Below, one piece after another: positions 49,291 to 58,028 of a stretch of 64,000 bases of DNA. The position numbers and the translations under genes were made by a program. Numbering within the stretch: the stretch's first letter is position 1; the number at the start of each line of letters is the position of its first letter. Location of the stretch: NCBI GenBank assembly GCA_963725865.1, contig CAVSAC010000019.1, positions 1 to 64,000 on the forward strand, read 5' to 3'. The DNA is from Candidatus Eiseniibacteriota bacterium (GTDB lineage Bacteria; Eisenbacteria; RBG-16-71-46). The notes under the pieces were generated by a model. That model had not been told where the DNA came from, did no database searches, and saw nothing but the letters and a program-made list of their open reading frames with translations.

Positions 49291-50392
49291 CTACGCAGGC
49301 GGGAACTTCGGTACCATCGGCGGGCAGTATCGCAGCAGTCTCGCCGCGCTGGACACGCTTACCGGGGCAGCGACCGCATGGAACCCCGGCGCGAACGGGG
49401 CCGTCGGGACGATGTTCGTCAGCGACTCGACGCTCTTCCTTGCCGGCGGGTTCGGATACATCGGCGGGAAATACCGTACTCACGCTGCCGCCGTGGACCT
49501 CGCCACTGGGGAGGTGAACAGCTGGGATCCCCAGCCAGACGATGCTGTGTACGCGATGGCGCGCCGCGGGGACACGATCTACCTTGGAGGGTTCTTCGAG
49601 CACGTCGGCGGACAGCCTCATCAGGGCCTGGCTGCGGTAGACGCGACCACCGGAGCTGTCCTCTCCTGGAACCCCGACGTGGACAGCTTCGTGAACTCAC
49701 TCGTCGTCATCGGCCGGACGGTATACGTCGGCGGGGCCTACTACACGGTTGGTGGGCAGTCACGCAATTCCCTGGCCGCCGTCGACGCCCTCACCGGCGC
49801 GGTGCTCCGCTGGAATCCCGAGCCGGGCCCTGGGGACGTCATCGCTCCCTACATCTATGCATTGGTCGCCGTCGGAGACACAATCTACGTCGGGGGCGAC
49901 TTCGACGGCATCGGTGGTGGAGCACAGAAGGACTTCGCTGGAGTGGACGCGATCTCTGGGCAGGCCATCTCGTGGGATGCACGCCCCAATGGGCACGTCT
50001 GGAGTCTGTCCGCGAGCGGGCGCACCGTCTATGCGGGAGGTGCGTTCCTTCAGTTCGACGGACTGCCGTGCTCGGGGCTGGCCGAGATCCAGCTAGGGGC
50101 TGAGGTGCCGCATGGCCCTCCGGGTTCATCGCTGGCGTTGGGGCCGATCAGCCCCAACCCCGCGGTCTCGTCAGCATCGATTCCATTCGAGTCGCGGGTC
50201 ACTGGCCCCGTGTCACTTGAGGTCTTCGACATCCAGGGTCGACGCATCGCCACTCTGCTCGACCACCAACTGATCAGCCCCGGTTGGCACGAGCAGCCCG
50301 TGGACGCGGAGAACTGGCCCAAAGGCGTGTACTTTTGCCGCCTGCAAGCCGGCGGTTCGACGGCCTCGCGTCGCTTCGTCGTCCTTCGATAG
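49287..50392 (+). pseudogene. 3' fragment of a beta-propeller (YVGGxF repeat) protein with FlgD-Ig/T9SS-like CTD
   Basis: The frame of ORF 49412..50392 extends upstream as TVYAGGNFGTIGGQYRSSLAALD with no start or signal peptide; tail PNP...FDIQGRRI...GVYFCRL. Confidence 0.7.
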
Positions 50393-50469
50393 TCCAGCGC
50401 CGCCTTCGGGCAGCCGTCGAGGCGGGTTCGGGGACGGCGAGAACCCCGCGTGATCCACTCGTTCGTGGG

Positions 50470-50904
50470 CCATGAAGAGTTCACGGCTCGCCTAACCCGC
50501 CGGCTCGCCCGACGCTGCCCGTGCTCCAGATCGACCACCGTCCCTTCGTCCAGCCCGATCCGGGGCGGCAAGCTCGGCCTGCGTGAGCCCGAGCATCCGT
50601 CTGCGCGCGAGCACCCGCCCGGCCAGGCTCCTGTTGGTCGGTCCGGGGTATCAGCCGAGGCAGCGGAGCAACCTCGCGAGATGCCGCTCGAGTGGGCGTG
50701 TCCGCCCCAGTTCCCAGTTCACCACCGTCTCCGCGCGGACACCCAACCTCACGCCGAGGATTCGTTCTGCAAATCCAAGGTCGAGCCGATGGCGCCGGAC
50801 GTGGTCGCTCAGCGTGACGAGCGAACTCGGATGACCCCTTGGCAGTGCGAGCGGGGCGAGGTCCTAGCAGCCGCAAGCTGGCAAAAGGCGACGCAACGGT
50901 GCGG
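50470..50904 (-). pseudogene. Disrupted tandem XRE helix-turn-helix gene
   Basis: TLSDHVRRHRLDLG...LGVRAETVVNWELGRTRP...LG*YP...LARRRMLGLTQAELAA/RIGLDEGTVVDLEHG; TGA at 50651-50653 and frameshifts near 50836 and 50563. Confidence 0.72.
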
Positions 50905-51040
50905 ATTCATCGACGCCTGAACCCGGCACGAGAATGCCCGTGCTTGCAGCTAGGCTGCTCCCGTACCTCACCCACTCCGGCCTGGGCACGCTGGAGACCC
51001 GAACGGGTATCGAAGACCCTCGCCCTCCCGGGCGTTTTCC

Positions 51041-51062
51041 GGCTACCCCTTGGCTACCCCTT
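51041..51062. repeat. Perfect 11-bp tandem repeat GGCTACCCCTT x2
   Basis: Seen directly; about 150 bp inside the island junction. Confidence 0.85.
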
Positions 51063-51211
51063 CAGCGTCCTAACGTGGCCATTCGTGTCCATCTCTGACC
51101 GCGTTGAAACGCAAACGCCCCTCGGGGCGAACCCGTTGGGGCGTGATCTACTCCATTCAGGCGATTGGTGTTCCGGCGGCTGTCGGCGCGTTGATGGTGA
51201 GAGTACTTGAA

Positions 51212-51430
51212 CGGTTTTCAAGACCGCCGCCTTCAACCACTCGGCCATCCCTCCGGACGATGCCGCGGCTTGTCTCGAAAGACGCTGACGGCCCGAGCGA
51301 GCGATTCCGCTGCCACCGCCGACTGCCGCGCGAGTGCCGTGACTCCGTCGAACGCCAAGGGAGTGAACCGCATCCGCGTGCAGGGCGGGGAATCTAGCAT
51401 CGCCACGGCGGACGGCGCAAGGCGGGGCGG
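51212..51430. repeat. Direct repeat copy 2, including truncated tRNA-Ser(TGA) 5' half (51212..51254, minus strand)
   Basis: Identical to the tRNA through ...TTGAAAACCG, then unrelated sequence. Confidence 0.95.
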
Positions 51431-51453
51431 CGCCGCTCGACGGACGCGCGCGC

Positions 51454-52068
51454 TCAGCGCACCTGGCTCAGCACCACCTGCTGGTACTTGGCCCACACGT
51501 CCTCGCTGGGACCCATGGTCAGGCGCTTCTCGCACCACGTCACCGGGAAGATCACGCGGTCGCGCCAGTAGTAGGGCATGGTGTTGGGACCCATCTCGGG
51601 GCTGTCCTTGAGCCACTTGCCGGGGCCGTCGTTGCGGTCCATGACCTGGACGATGTAGGCGCCGAACTCCAGCGCGACGCCTTGCAGGTTGTCGGGCCGG
51701 CCCTCCTGCTGGTACTGGTCGTACAGTGCGCCGAGCACCTGCTCGACCGACCGGATCGACTCGCGCGAGTAGTCGAGCGAAACGCCGTAGCCCTCCTGGG
51801 CGATCTTGACCGCGAGCGGAGCGAGCTGGTCGCGGGTCTCGTTCATGTCGGCCGAGGTCTTCGGAGTCGCCGATGGCGCGGCCGCGGGCGCGGCGGCGGG
51901 CGGCGCCGCGGAGAGATCCCCCTCCGACGGAGCGCCGAACGGATTCTCGCCGCCCGGCGCGGCGGTGTTCGAGGCGGACGCGGGCGCCGACTTCTTCCCG
52001 CAGCCGGCGAGCAGCCCGAGGGCCAGCAGGGCGGCGAGCAGCGGCGCGATCGTTCGACGGACGTTCAT
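51454..52068 (-). CDS. Hypothetical lipoprotein
   Basis: GGAGG RBS; LAGC lipobox; low-complexity linker; LDYSRESI...FGAYI...IFP domain. Confidence 0.78.
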   Translation of the reverse strand: MNVRRTIAPLLAALLALGLLAGCGKKSAPASASNTAAPGGENPFGAPSEGDLSAAPPAAAPAAAPSATPKTSADMNETRDQLAPLAVKIAQEGYGVSLDYSRESIRSVEQVLGALYDQYQQEGRPDNLQGVALEFGAYIVQVMDRNDGPGKWLKDSPEMGPNTMPYYWRDRVIFPVTWCEKRLTMGPSEDVWAKYQQVVLSQVR

Positions 52069-52178
52069 GGGACCTCCCGGGAAGCGCCCCGCGACTCGAG
52101 CGAGGGTCGGAACTGGCGGCCGACGTGACGCAGGCGCGTTATCGGCACTTCCACCCCGGACCCTCACCCCCGCCTGGA

Positions 52179-52901
52179 TCAGGTCGCCGCCCGCCCCACG
52201 AGCACTTCTTCCTCCGGATCGAGCCCGAAGCGGCGCGCCTGATCGGCGCCCAGCGTGCGGGCGAACGGCACGCGCTCGATCGCCCAGCCGCTCTCGCGCA
52301 GCCGCTCGAAGAAGTCGCGCCCGTAGATGCGGACGTGGTCGGACTGGCCGAACACGCGCAGCCGCTCGGCCGCGCTGGTCACATGCGGGTCCTCGAACGT
52401 GGTCGCGCGCGCGACATCGATCGGAGTCTGGAGCACCGCCCAGCCGCCCGGCGCCAGCACGCGCACCAGCTCGCGCATCGCGGCGCGGTCGTCGGGGATG
52501 TGCTCGAGGACGTGGTTGCAGAACACCGCGTCGAACGCGCCGTCGGCCAGCTCGAGCCGGGTGAGGTCCATGTGCCGCATCGCCAGCGGGGACTCCAGGT
52601 CGATGCTGAGGTAGTCGAGGTTCGCGCGCGCGCGCAGCGCCTGCTGCAGGAACGCCTCGGGCGCCACCACCAGCACGCGATGGTGAGCGGGGCCGAGCAG
52701 GTCGGTCGCACGCTGGAGCCACAGCCACACCAGCCGGTGGCGCTCGAGCGATCCGCAGCGCGGACAGCGGGCGTTGGGCCGCCGCTCATGGCCTCCGCGC
52801 AGGAAGCCCCGGAAGCGCCCGCCGCAGCACGGGCACTCGACGCGATCGCCGCGCATGAGCCAGGCGACCACTCCCCACACGATCCGTCTCAGCGGCGCCA
52901 T
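52179..52901 (-). CDS. Class I SAM-dependent methyltransferase-like protein with Cys pairs
   Basis: CPCC, CPRCGSLERHR, FDAVFCNHVLEHI, RVLAPGG. Confidence 0.85.
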   Translation of the reverse strand: MAPLRRIVWGVVAWLMRGDRVECPCCGGRFRGFLRGGHERRPNARCPRCGSLERHRLVWLWLQRATDLLGPAHHRVLVVAPEAFLQQALRARANLDYLSIDLESPLAMRHMDLTRLELADGAFDAVFCNHVLEHIPDDRAAMRELVRVLAPGGWAVLQTPIDVARATTFEDPHVTSAAERLRVFGQSDHVRIYGRDFFERLRESGWAIERVPFARTLGADQARRFGLDPEEEVLVGRAAT

Positions 52902-53016
52902 GGCCGCACTATCGCCCGGTCCGGTCGGCGGCGTCCAGCGCGGCGGTGCGCCGGCGCCGCAGACACGGCGGCGCGCGAGGCGTCACGCCCCGCGCGCCGC
53001 GAAGCCGAGATGCGCG

Positions 53017-53604
53017 CTACTTGGCGGGCGAGCCGCTCGCTCCGCCACCCGGAGCCGGACGCGGCGCGTCCCAGGCCGACGGCGGCGGCGGGAAGTCGAC
53101 CACCGAGCCACTCGCCCCTGCCGCCTGATCGGGCGGCACGACCGCGGGCACCTTGTGGCTGATCGGCGGCAGGCTCTTCAGGTACGCCGCGATGGAGTAA
53201 GCGTCCTCATCCGTGAACGCGGTGAGGTTCTGCCACGGCATCGGCGGGTTGAGCACGCGGCCGTCCGGCCGCATGCCGGTGCGCATCGCGTCCACGATCT
53301 GTTTCTCGGTCCACGCGCCGATCCCGGTCTCGCGGTCGGGCGTCAGGTTCCTCGCGTACGAGACGCCCCAGGGACCGCGCCAGCCCATCTCGGAGCCCGA
53401 CAGCTTGCGATCGAAGTCGGGCGACCCGTAGAACGTCCCGGGCGTGTGGCAGTCGCCGCAGCTGCATACGGTCGTGAGGTACTCCCCGCGCTTGATGCGC
53501 TTGGCCTTGGCGTCGGGTGCCGCCGGTGCGGCGGCGATCAGCGGCACGGCGACCGCGAGGGCGAGGGAACAACTGATGAGCGGGGTCCACTGGGTCCAAC
53601 GCAT
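53017..53604 (-). CDS. Exported c-type cytochrome
   Basis: Signal peptide; RGEYL..., CGDCHTP, NLTPD..GIG.W, MPW. Confidence 0.9.
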   Translation of the reverse strand: MRWTQWTPLISCSLALAVAVPLIAAAPAAPDAKAKRIKRGEYLTTVCSCGDCHTPGTFYGSPDFDRKLSGSEMGWRGPWGVSYARNLTPDRETGIGAWTEKQIVDAMRTGMRPDGRVLNPPMPWQNLTAFTDEDAYSIAAYLKSLPPISHKVPAVVPPDQAAGASGSVVDFPPPPSAWDAPRPAPGGGASGSPAK

Positions 53605-53949
53605 GCGACTTCTCCTGGGGTGGGAGGTCCAATCGGGGACACACCACGTGTCCGCGCGGGAGCGCGGGAGTCCTGTTCCCGCCGCTCGACGCCTGATCGG
53701 CCGTCAGGCGGTGGGCAATCTACGACGAAACGGGCCCCGAGTTGCATGAAAACAAACATGCCCCCCGGATATCGGGGAGGTGGTGGCCGGCAGTCCATCC
53801 GCGCGGTGCCGCGGGCGCGCTGGTCGCGCGGCGCGTGGCCCGCGGCCGCCTCGGGCGCGAGGCCCGCCGCCACCGGCCCGGGTGCGCCGGCGCCGAAAAG
53901 GGTCGGGGCGCGCGGTTGCCCGCGCGCCCCGGGGGGGCTGAAGCGAGGG

Positions 53950-56934
53950 TCAGTGCCCGCGCCTCAGGACCACCTTGTGCGCGACCTCGATGCCGTCCGC
54001 GCGCAGCCGGATGAAGTACACGCCGTCGTGCAGGCCCTGCGCCTGCCACGTGCGCGCGTGTACGCCCGCCGGGAACGCGCCCTGCGCCAGCGTCGCGACG
54101 CGGCGCCCGGCGATGTCGAACAGGCCGATGTCCACCTGCGCGGCCAGCGGCAGCGCGAAGCGGACGGTCGCGCCGTCGTCACCGAGCGGGTTGGGATGGA
54201 ATGCCAGCGAGACGCGGCTCGCGCCCTCGATCGGGGTACCCGAGCCCGCCAGGCTGGTCGTCACCAATGCGCCGTCGGGCGCCGAGACCTCGGCGCTCGC
54301 CACCGTCACCTCGCCGCCGTGCGACTGGCCCGCCTTGAGCGCGAGGTCGAGCGTGAGCGGGCAGCTACCCTCCGACGCCGTCGGCAAGAGCGCGATCAGC
54401 CCCAGCACCAGCTGGTCGCCCTGCATTTCCTGCAGCGCCAGCCACCCGCTGCCCGCGGTGAACGCGCTCACGTCGTAGCGGTCGGCGGGGAATCTCAGCG
54501 CCATCCGCAGCGCGCCGACGCGCTCGGCGCCGGCGAGCGTGATGGGCAGCGTCACGTGCCCGGCCGTGCGGGCGGGCTCGCCGAACTCCAGCGCGATCCC
54601 CGGATCGTCGCGCCGCGGCAGGCTGTCGCCCGGAGTCCCGCGCAGGATCGCGCGCGCACAGCACAGGATGTCGTCGATCGTGGCGGAGCCGTCGCCGTCG
54701 CAGTCGTGCCGACCGGCGATGGTGTCGGGACACGCGCCGCCGAGGATGCAGTGCACCATCACGACGAGGTCGCGCACGTCGCTCACCCCATCGTGGTTGA
54801 CGTCACAGCTCGAGCTGGCCAGGCACACGCGCGCGCCGGGCACGATCGGACGCATGCTCTCGTCCGGGCACTCCGGCACCAGCGCCGCCAGCGAGTCCGC
54901 GCCCACCAGCGAATCGCTGCGCACGAGCATCACCGGCGGCGGCGACGTGCCGCTCGCGAGCGCGACCGTGATCCTCAGCACCGCCTCGAACGCCTGGGTC
55001 GGATCGATCGGCTCGCGCGGGCCGTCGGGCGACAGGGTGGCCGGGATCGGCGCCCCCGAAGTGGCGAACATCACGAAGCGCGCCCCGTCGGCGGTCGGCA
55101 CCCACTGCAGGTGCATGCCGGCGGCGGGCCCGATCGCCTCGAGATTCTTCACGGTCAGGAAGGGCCCCGAGCGCAGCACGCCCTGGAGCCCCGCGAGCCG
55201 GACCATCGAGAGCACCGACATCGTGACCGCGGCGTCCCGTCCGGGCGCGATGGTGGTGTTGCAGCCGCCCTTCGGCGGGGGTCCCCAGGTGGTGACGAAG
55301 CAGGGCGGCTGGGTCGAGGTGCTGCAGGTCGCGCTCACCGTGAATGGGAAGCGGCGCGCGAGCAGCCGGCCGGGCAGGATGTCGTCGGAGCAGCTCACCT
55401 GCGCGACCTCGACGATCAGCCCGTAGCCGCCCACCGGCAGCGCGGGCAGCAGCGTGTCCACCTGCCACGGCGTCTCGACCATCGCACACGGCCGCTCGAG
55501 GCAGTCCTCGGAGTCGAGCAGGATGCGCACCGTCGGCGGGCCGATCACGGTGGCCGGCGACGGCAGGAACAGCACCTTGCGCACGTGCCCGCAGGTGCTC
55601 GGGAACGCCCCGCGGACGCGCAATGGAATGCGTCGGTCGGCGCACGCGGTGGGCAGGCAGCTGTCGCAGGCGGCCTGGCCCGCGATCCAGACGTCACTGT
55701 GGAGCGGGATCGGCGGGACCTGCGCGCAGTTCGGGCTCACCGAGAACTCGAACCGGCCCCACGTCACCACGGTGTCGGGGCCCGCCGGAAGCCGCACGTG
55801 GATCTCGCGGAACATCGTGGCCAGGGCGTAGTGCCCGGCGCGCAGGGTCCCGAACGGCACCAGCGCGGAATCGCCCGCGCACGCCGCCGGCCCGGCGCAG
55901 CGCGCGTCATCGCGCACCTCGTACGTCACCACCAGCCCCACCCCGCTGTCCATCACGGCCGACACCAGCCGCACGCACGGCGGGCAGCCGGTCAAACGCA
56001 CGCGGATGCCGACGGTATCGCCGTCGCACGGCGCGGCGGGCTCGGTCGCGAGCTGGACCCGCGGCGCGGTCTGGCTGCTGCACGTCGGCGAAGTCTGGAA
56101 TGGGTACGTGGTCGCGAGCAGCCGCCCCGGCATGATGCTGTCGGAACAGCTCACCTGCGCCACCTCCACCCGCAGCCCATAGACGCCGACCGGCAGCGGC
56201 GGCAACAGCGTGTCCACGTGCCACGGCTTCATGAACATCGTGCACGGCCGCCCCAGGCAGGCGTCGCTGTCGAGCAGCACGCGCACCGTGGGAGGCCCGA
56301 TCACCGTGAGCGGCGACGGGACGAACAGCACTCCCGCCACGTGGCCGCAGCCGCTCGGGAACTCCCCGGCGATCCGCAGCGGGATCGGGCGGTCGCTGCA
56401 CGCCACCGGGTCGCAGCTCTCGCAGGCCGGCTGGCCCGCGATCCACACCGTGGAGTGCAGCGAGATCGGCGGAACGTCGACGCACGTGGAAGAGACCACG
56501 AAGCCGAGCACGGTGGTGGTGTCCACCACGACGCTGTCGACCGTCGCGTTGCGGACCACGAGCACCGCGCGGATCGCGGCGCTGACCGAGTGCGCCCCCG
56601 GCGGGAACGACCCCAGGAGGATGCGCACCGTATCGGGCGGGCAGGCGGCGAACGTCGCGCACTCGAACGCGTGCACGTAGATGCGCGCGTGCTCCGGGTC
56701 GCTCGCTTCGGCGACCACCGCGTCGATGCACGGCGGACACTGCGGGATCACCGCCACCAGCGAGACCGGCTCGCCCGCGCACGGGTTCGACGGCTCGATG
56801 TGGAGGTACGGGAGCGGCGCGGCCGGCGGAACCGAATTCGCTTCGGCGCGCACGCCGTGCGCGTTGGCCGCCGCGAGCGCGAGGATCACCAGGCTCATCG
56901 AGAGCGAGATCAACAGCAGACGAAGCGTTCGCAT
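53950..56934 (-). CDS. Secreted Cys-rich repeat protein with cohesin-like/dockerin modules and FlgD-Ig/T9SS-like CTD
   Basis: Signal peptide; duplicated ~135-aa domain; CDVNHDGVSDVRDLV and DCDGDGSATIDDI Ca-loops; tail PNP...FDIAGRRV...GVYFIRL. Confidence 0.82.
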   Translation of the reverse strand: MRTLRLLLISLSMSLVILALAAANAHGVRAEANSVPPAAPLPYLHIEPSNPCAGEPVSLVAVIPQCPPCIDAVVAEASDPEHARIYVHAFECATFAACPPDTVRILLGSFPPGAHSVSAAIRAVLVVRNATVDSVVVDTTTVLGFVVSSTCVDVPPISLHSTVWIAGQPACESCDPVACSDRPIPLRIAGEFPSGCGHVAGVLFVPSPLTVIGPPTVRVLLDSDACLGRPCTMFMKPWHVDTLLPPLPVGVYGLRVEVAQVSCSDSIMPGRLLATTYPFQTSPTCSSQTAPRVQLATEPAAPCDGDTVGIRVRLTGCPPCVRLVSAVMDSGVGLVVTYEVRDDARCAGPAACAGDSALVPFGTLRAGHYALATMFREIHVRLPAGPDTVVTWGRFEFSVSPNCAQVPPIPLHSDVWIAGQAACDSCLPTACADRRIPLRVRGAFPSTCGHVRKVLFLPSPATVIGPPTVRILLDSEDCLERPCAMVETPWQVDTLLPALPVGGYGLIVEVAQVSCSDDILPGRLLARRFPFTVSATCSTSTQPPCFVTTWGPPPKGGCNTTIAPGRDAAVTMSVLSMVRLAGLQGVLRSGPFLTVKNLEAIGPAAGMHLQWVPTADGARFVMFATSGAPIPATLSPDGPREPIDPTQAFEAVLRITVALASGTSPPPVMLVRSDSLVGADSLAALVPECPDESMRPIVPGARVCLASSSCDVNHDGVSDVRDLVVMVHCILGGACPDTIAGRHDCDGDGSATIDDILCCARAILRGTPGDSLPRRDDPGIALEFGEPARTAGHVTLPITLAGAERVGALRMALRFPADRYDVSAFTAGSGWLALQEMQGDQLVLGLIALLPTASEGSCPLTLDLALKAGQSHGGEVTVASAEVSAPDGALVTTSLAGSGTPIEGASRVSLAFHPNPLGDDGATVRFALPLAAQVDIGLFDIAGRRVATLAQGAFPAGVHARTWQAQGLHDGVYFIRLRADGIEVAHKVVLRRGH

Positions 56935-57028
56935 GATGGCACTCCGGAGGCAGTCGGCAGCCAGCCGGCGCCCGGTGCGGGACGGGGGTCCGTCCCGAAC
57001 TGACGTTTCCCCGGTCGGGAATGCTTGA

Positions 57029-57057
57029 AGGCTAGTCCTCGGCCGCGCCCCGTTCAA
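57029..57057 (-). promoter_or_regulatory. Probable sigma70 promoter of the dockerin-containing gene
   Basis: TTGAAC-N17-TAGCCT about 95 bp upstream of the ATG. Confidence 0.45.
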
Positions 57058-57119
57058 TAGTCCGCGTGACGAACGGCGGTCCACGGGAACACCTTCGGCC
57101 TGCCCCTGCTCGCCAGCGA

Positions 57120-58028
57120 CTAGCCGCGCCGCTTCCCCACGATCACGACCCGGTCCCCCAGCACGTTGAAGGCGTTCGTGATGGGCAGGTTGACCGCGTC
57201 GATCGCCGCCATCGCCGCGCGCTGGAGCGCCGACTTGCGGCCGTGGGCGCGGCCCGGCGGGATCTTGCTCTGGCGGCACTCGAGCATCTCGAGCCCGACC
57301 GCGCGGAACAGCCGCGTCAGCGGGCCGGGCGTGAACTCCCAGAGGTGGTAGGGCGGCTCCCGCAGCACGATGGTGCGCCCGAGCGCTCCGTAGGCTGCCA
57401 GCGCCCAGCCGCGCGCGAGCGAGTGTGTGGTGGTGGGCCCGCGCAGGTAGAGCACGCCGCCCGGGCGCAGCAGCCGCGCCACCTCGACCAGCACGCCGCG
57501 GCAGTCGGGCACGTGCTCCAGCACGTCGCCCATGTAGACCAGGTCGAACGTGCCGCCGGGGAGCGCCGCGCTGTGCAGGTCACCTTGGTGCACGTCGAGG
57601 CCCAGTCCGCGCGCGTGCGCGACCGCCGCCGCGGACAGCTCGACGCCCTGCACCCTCCACCCGCGCTCGGCCGCGTGCTTCAGCAGCCAGCCCGCCGCGC
57701 AGCCGACCTCGAGCAGCCGTCCGGGCGGACGGAAGCGCGCGAACTCCGCCAGCAGGCCGTCGTCCTCGGCGCGGTAGGTCGCCTCGTCGTACACGTCGGT
57801 GGCGCTGCGCCCGCAGCGGAAGTCGCTCGCGAAGTACGCGGCCGAGTACAGCTCCGCGAGCGCGTCCGCGCGCGGCTGCACCGCCAGGAACCGCAGACCG
57901 CACTGGCGGCACTCGACCAGCGGGAAGCTGCCGCGGAACTCGTAGCGCATGGCGAGCGGCCGCAGCGCGGCGCCGCCGCACGCGAGGCAGCGCTCGAGCC
58001 GCACGATGGGCAGCGGCGCGTCGTTCAT
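57120..58028 (-). CDS. Class I SAM-dependent methyltransferase
   Basis: CLAC, CRQCGL, LLEVGCAAG, DVLEHV, LRPGG; ATGA overlap with mnmA. Confidence 0.88.
   Translation of the reverse strand: MNDAPLPIVRLERCLACGGAALRPLAMRYEFRGSFPLVECRQCGLRFLAVQPRADALAELYSAAYFASDFRCGRSATDVYDEATYRAEDDGLLAEFARFRPPGRLLEVGCAAGWLLKHAAERGWRVQGVELSAAAVAHARGLGLDVHQGDLHSAALPGGTFDLVYMGDVLEHVPDCRGVLVEVARLLRPGGVLYLRGPTTTHSLARGWALAAYGALGRTIVLREPPYHLWEFTPGPLTRLFRAVGLEMLECRQSKIPPGRAHGRKSALQRAAMAAIDAVNLPITNAFNVLGDRVVIVGKRRG

Larger units (their letters stand above)
48496..51211. mobile_element. Decayed genomic-island remnant at tRNA-Ser(TGA)
   Basis: Flanked by the direct repeat ending in the anticodon arm; visibly less GC-rich; disrupted genes; no integrase seen. 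Confidence 0.75.

Noticed and set aside
50651..50653. TGA as selenocysteine or readthrough in the HTH gene
   Set aside because: Not a redox-site context, and the gene has other disruptions
48496..51211. Intact integrase or transposase in the island
   Set aside because: No ORF with tyrosine or serine recombinase or DDE motifs was found
56978..57021. Riboswitch in the leader of the dockerin gene
   Set aside because: Two small hairpins are present but no recognisable aptamer consensus
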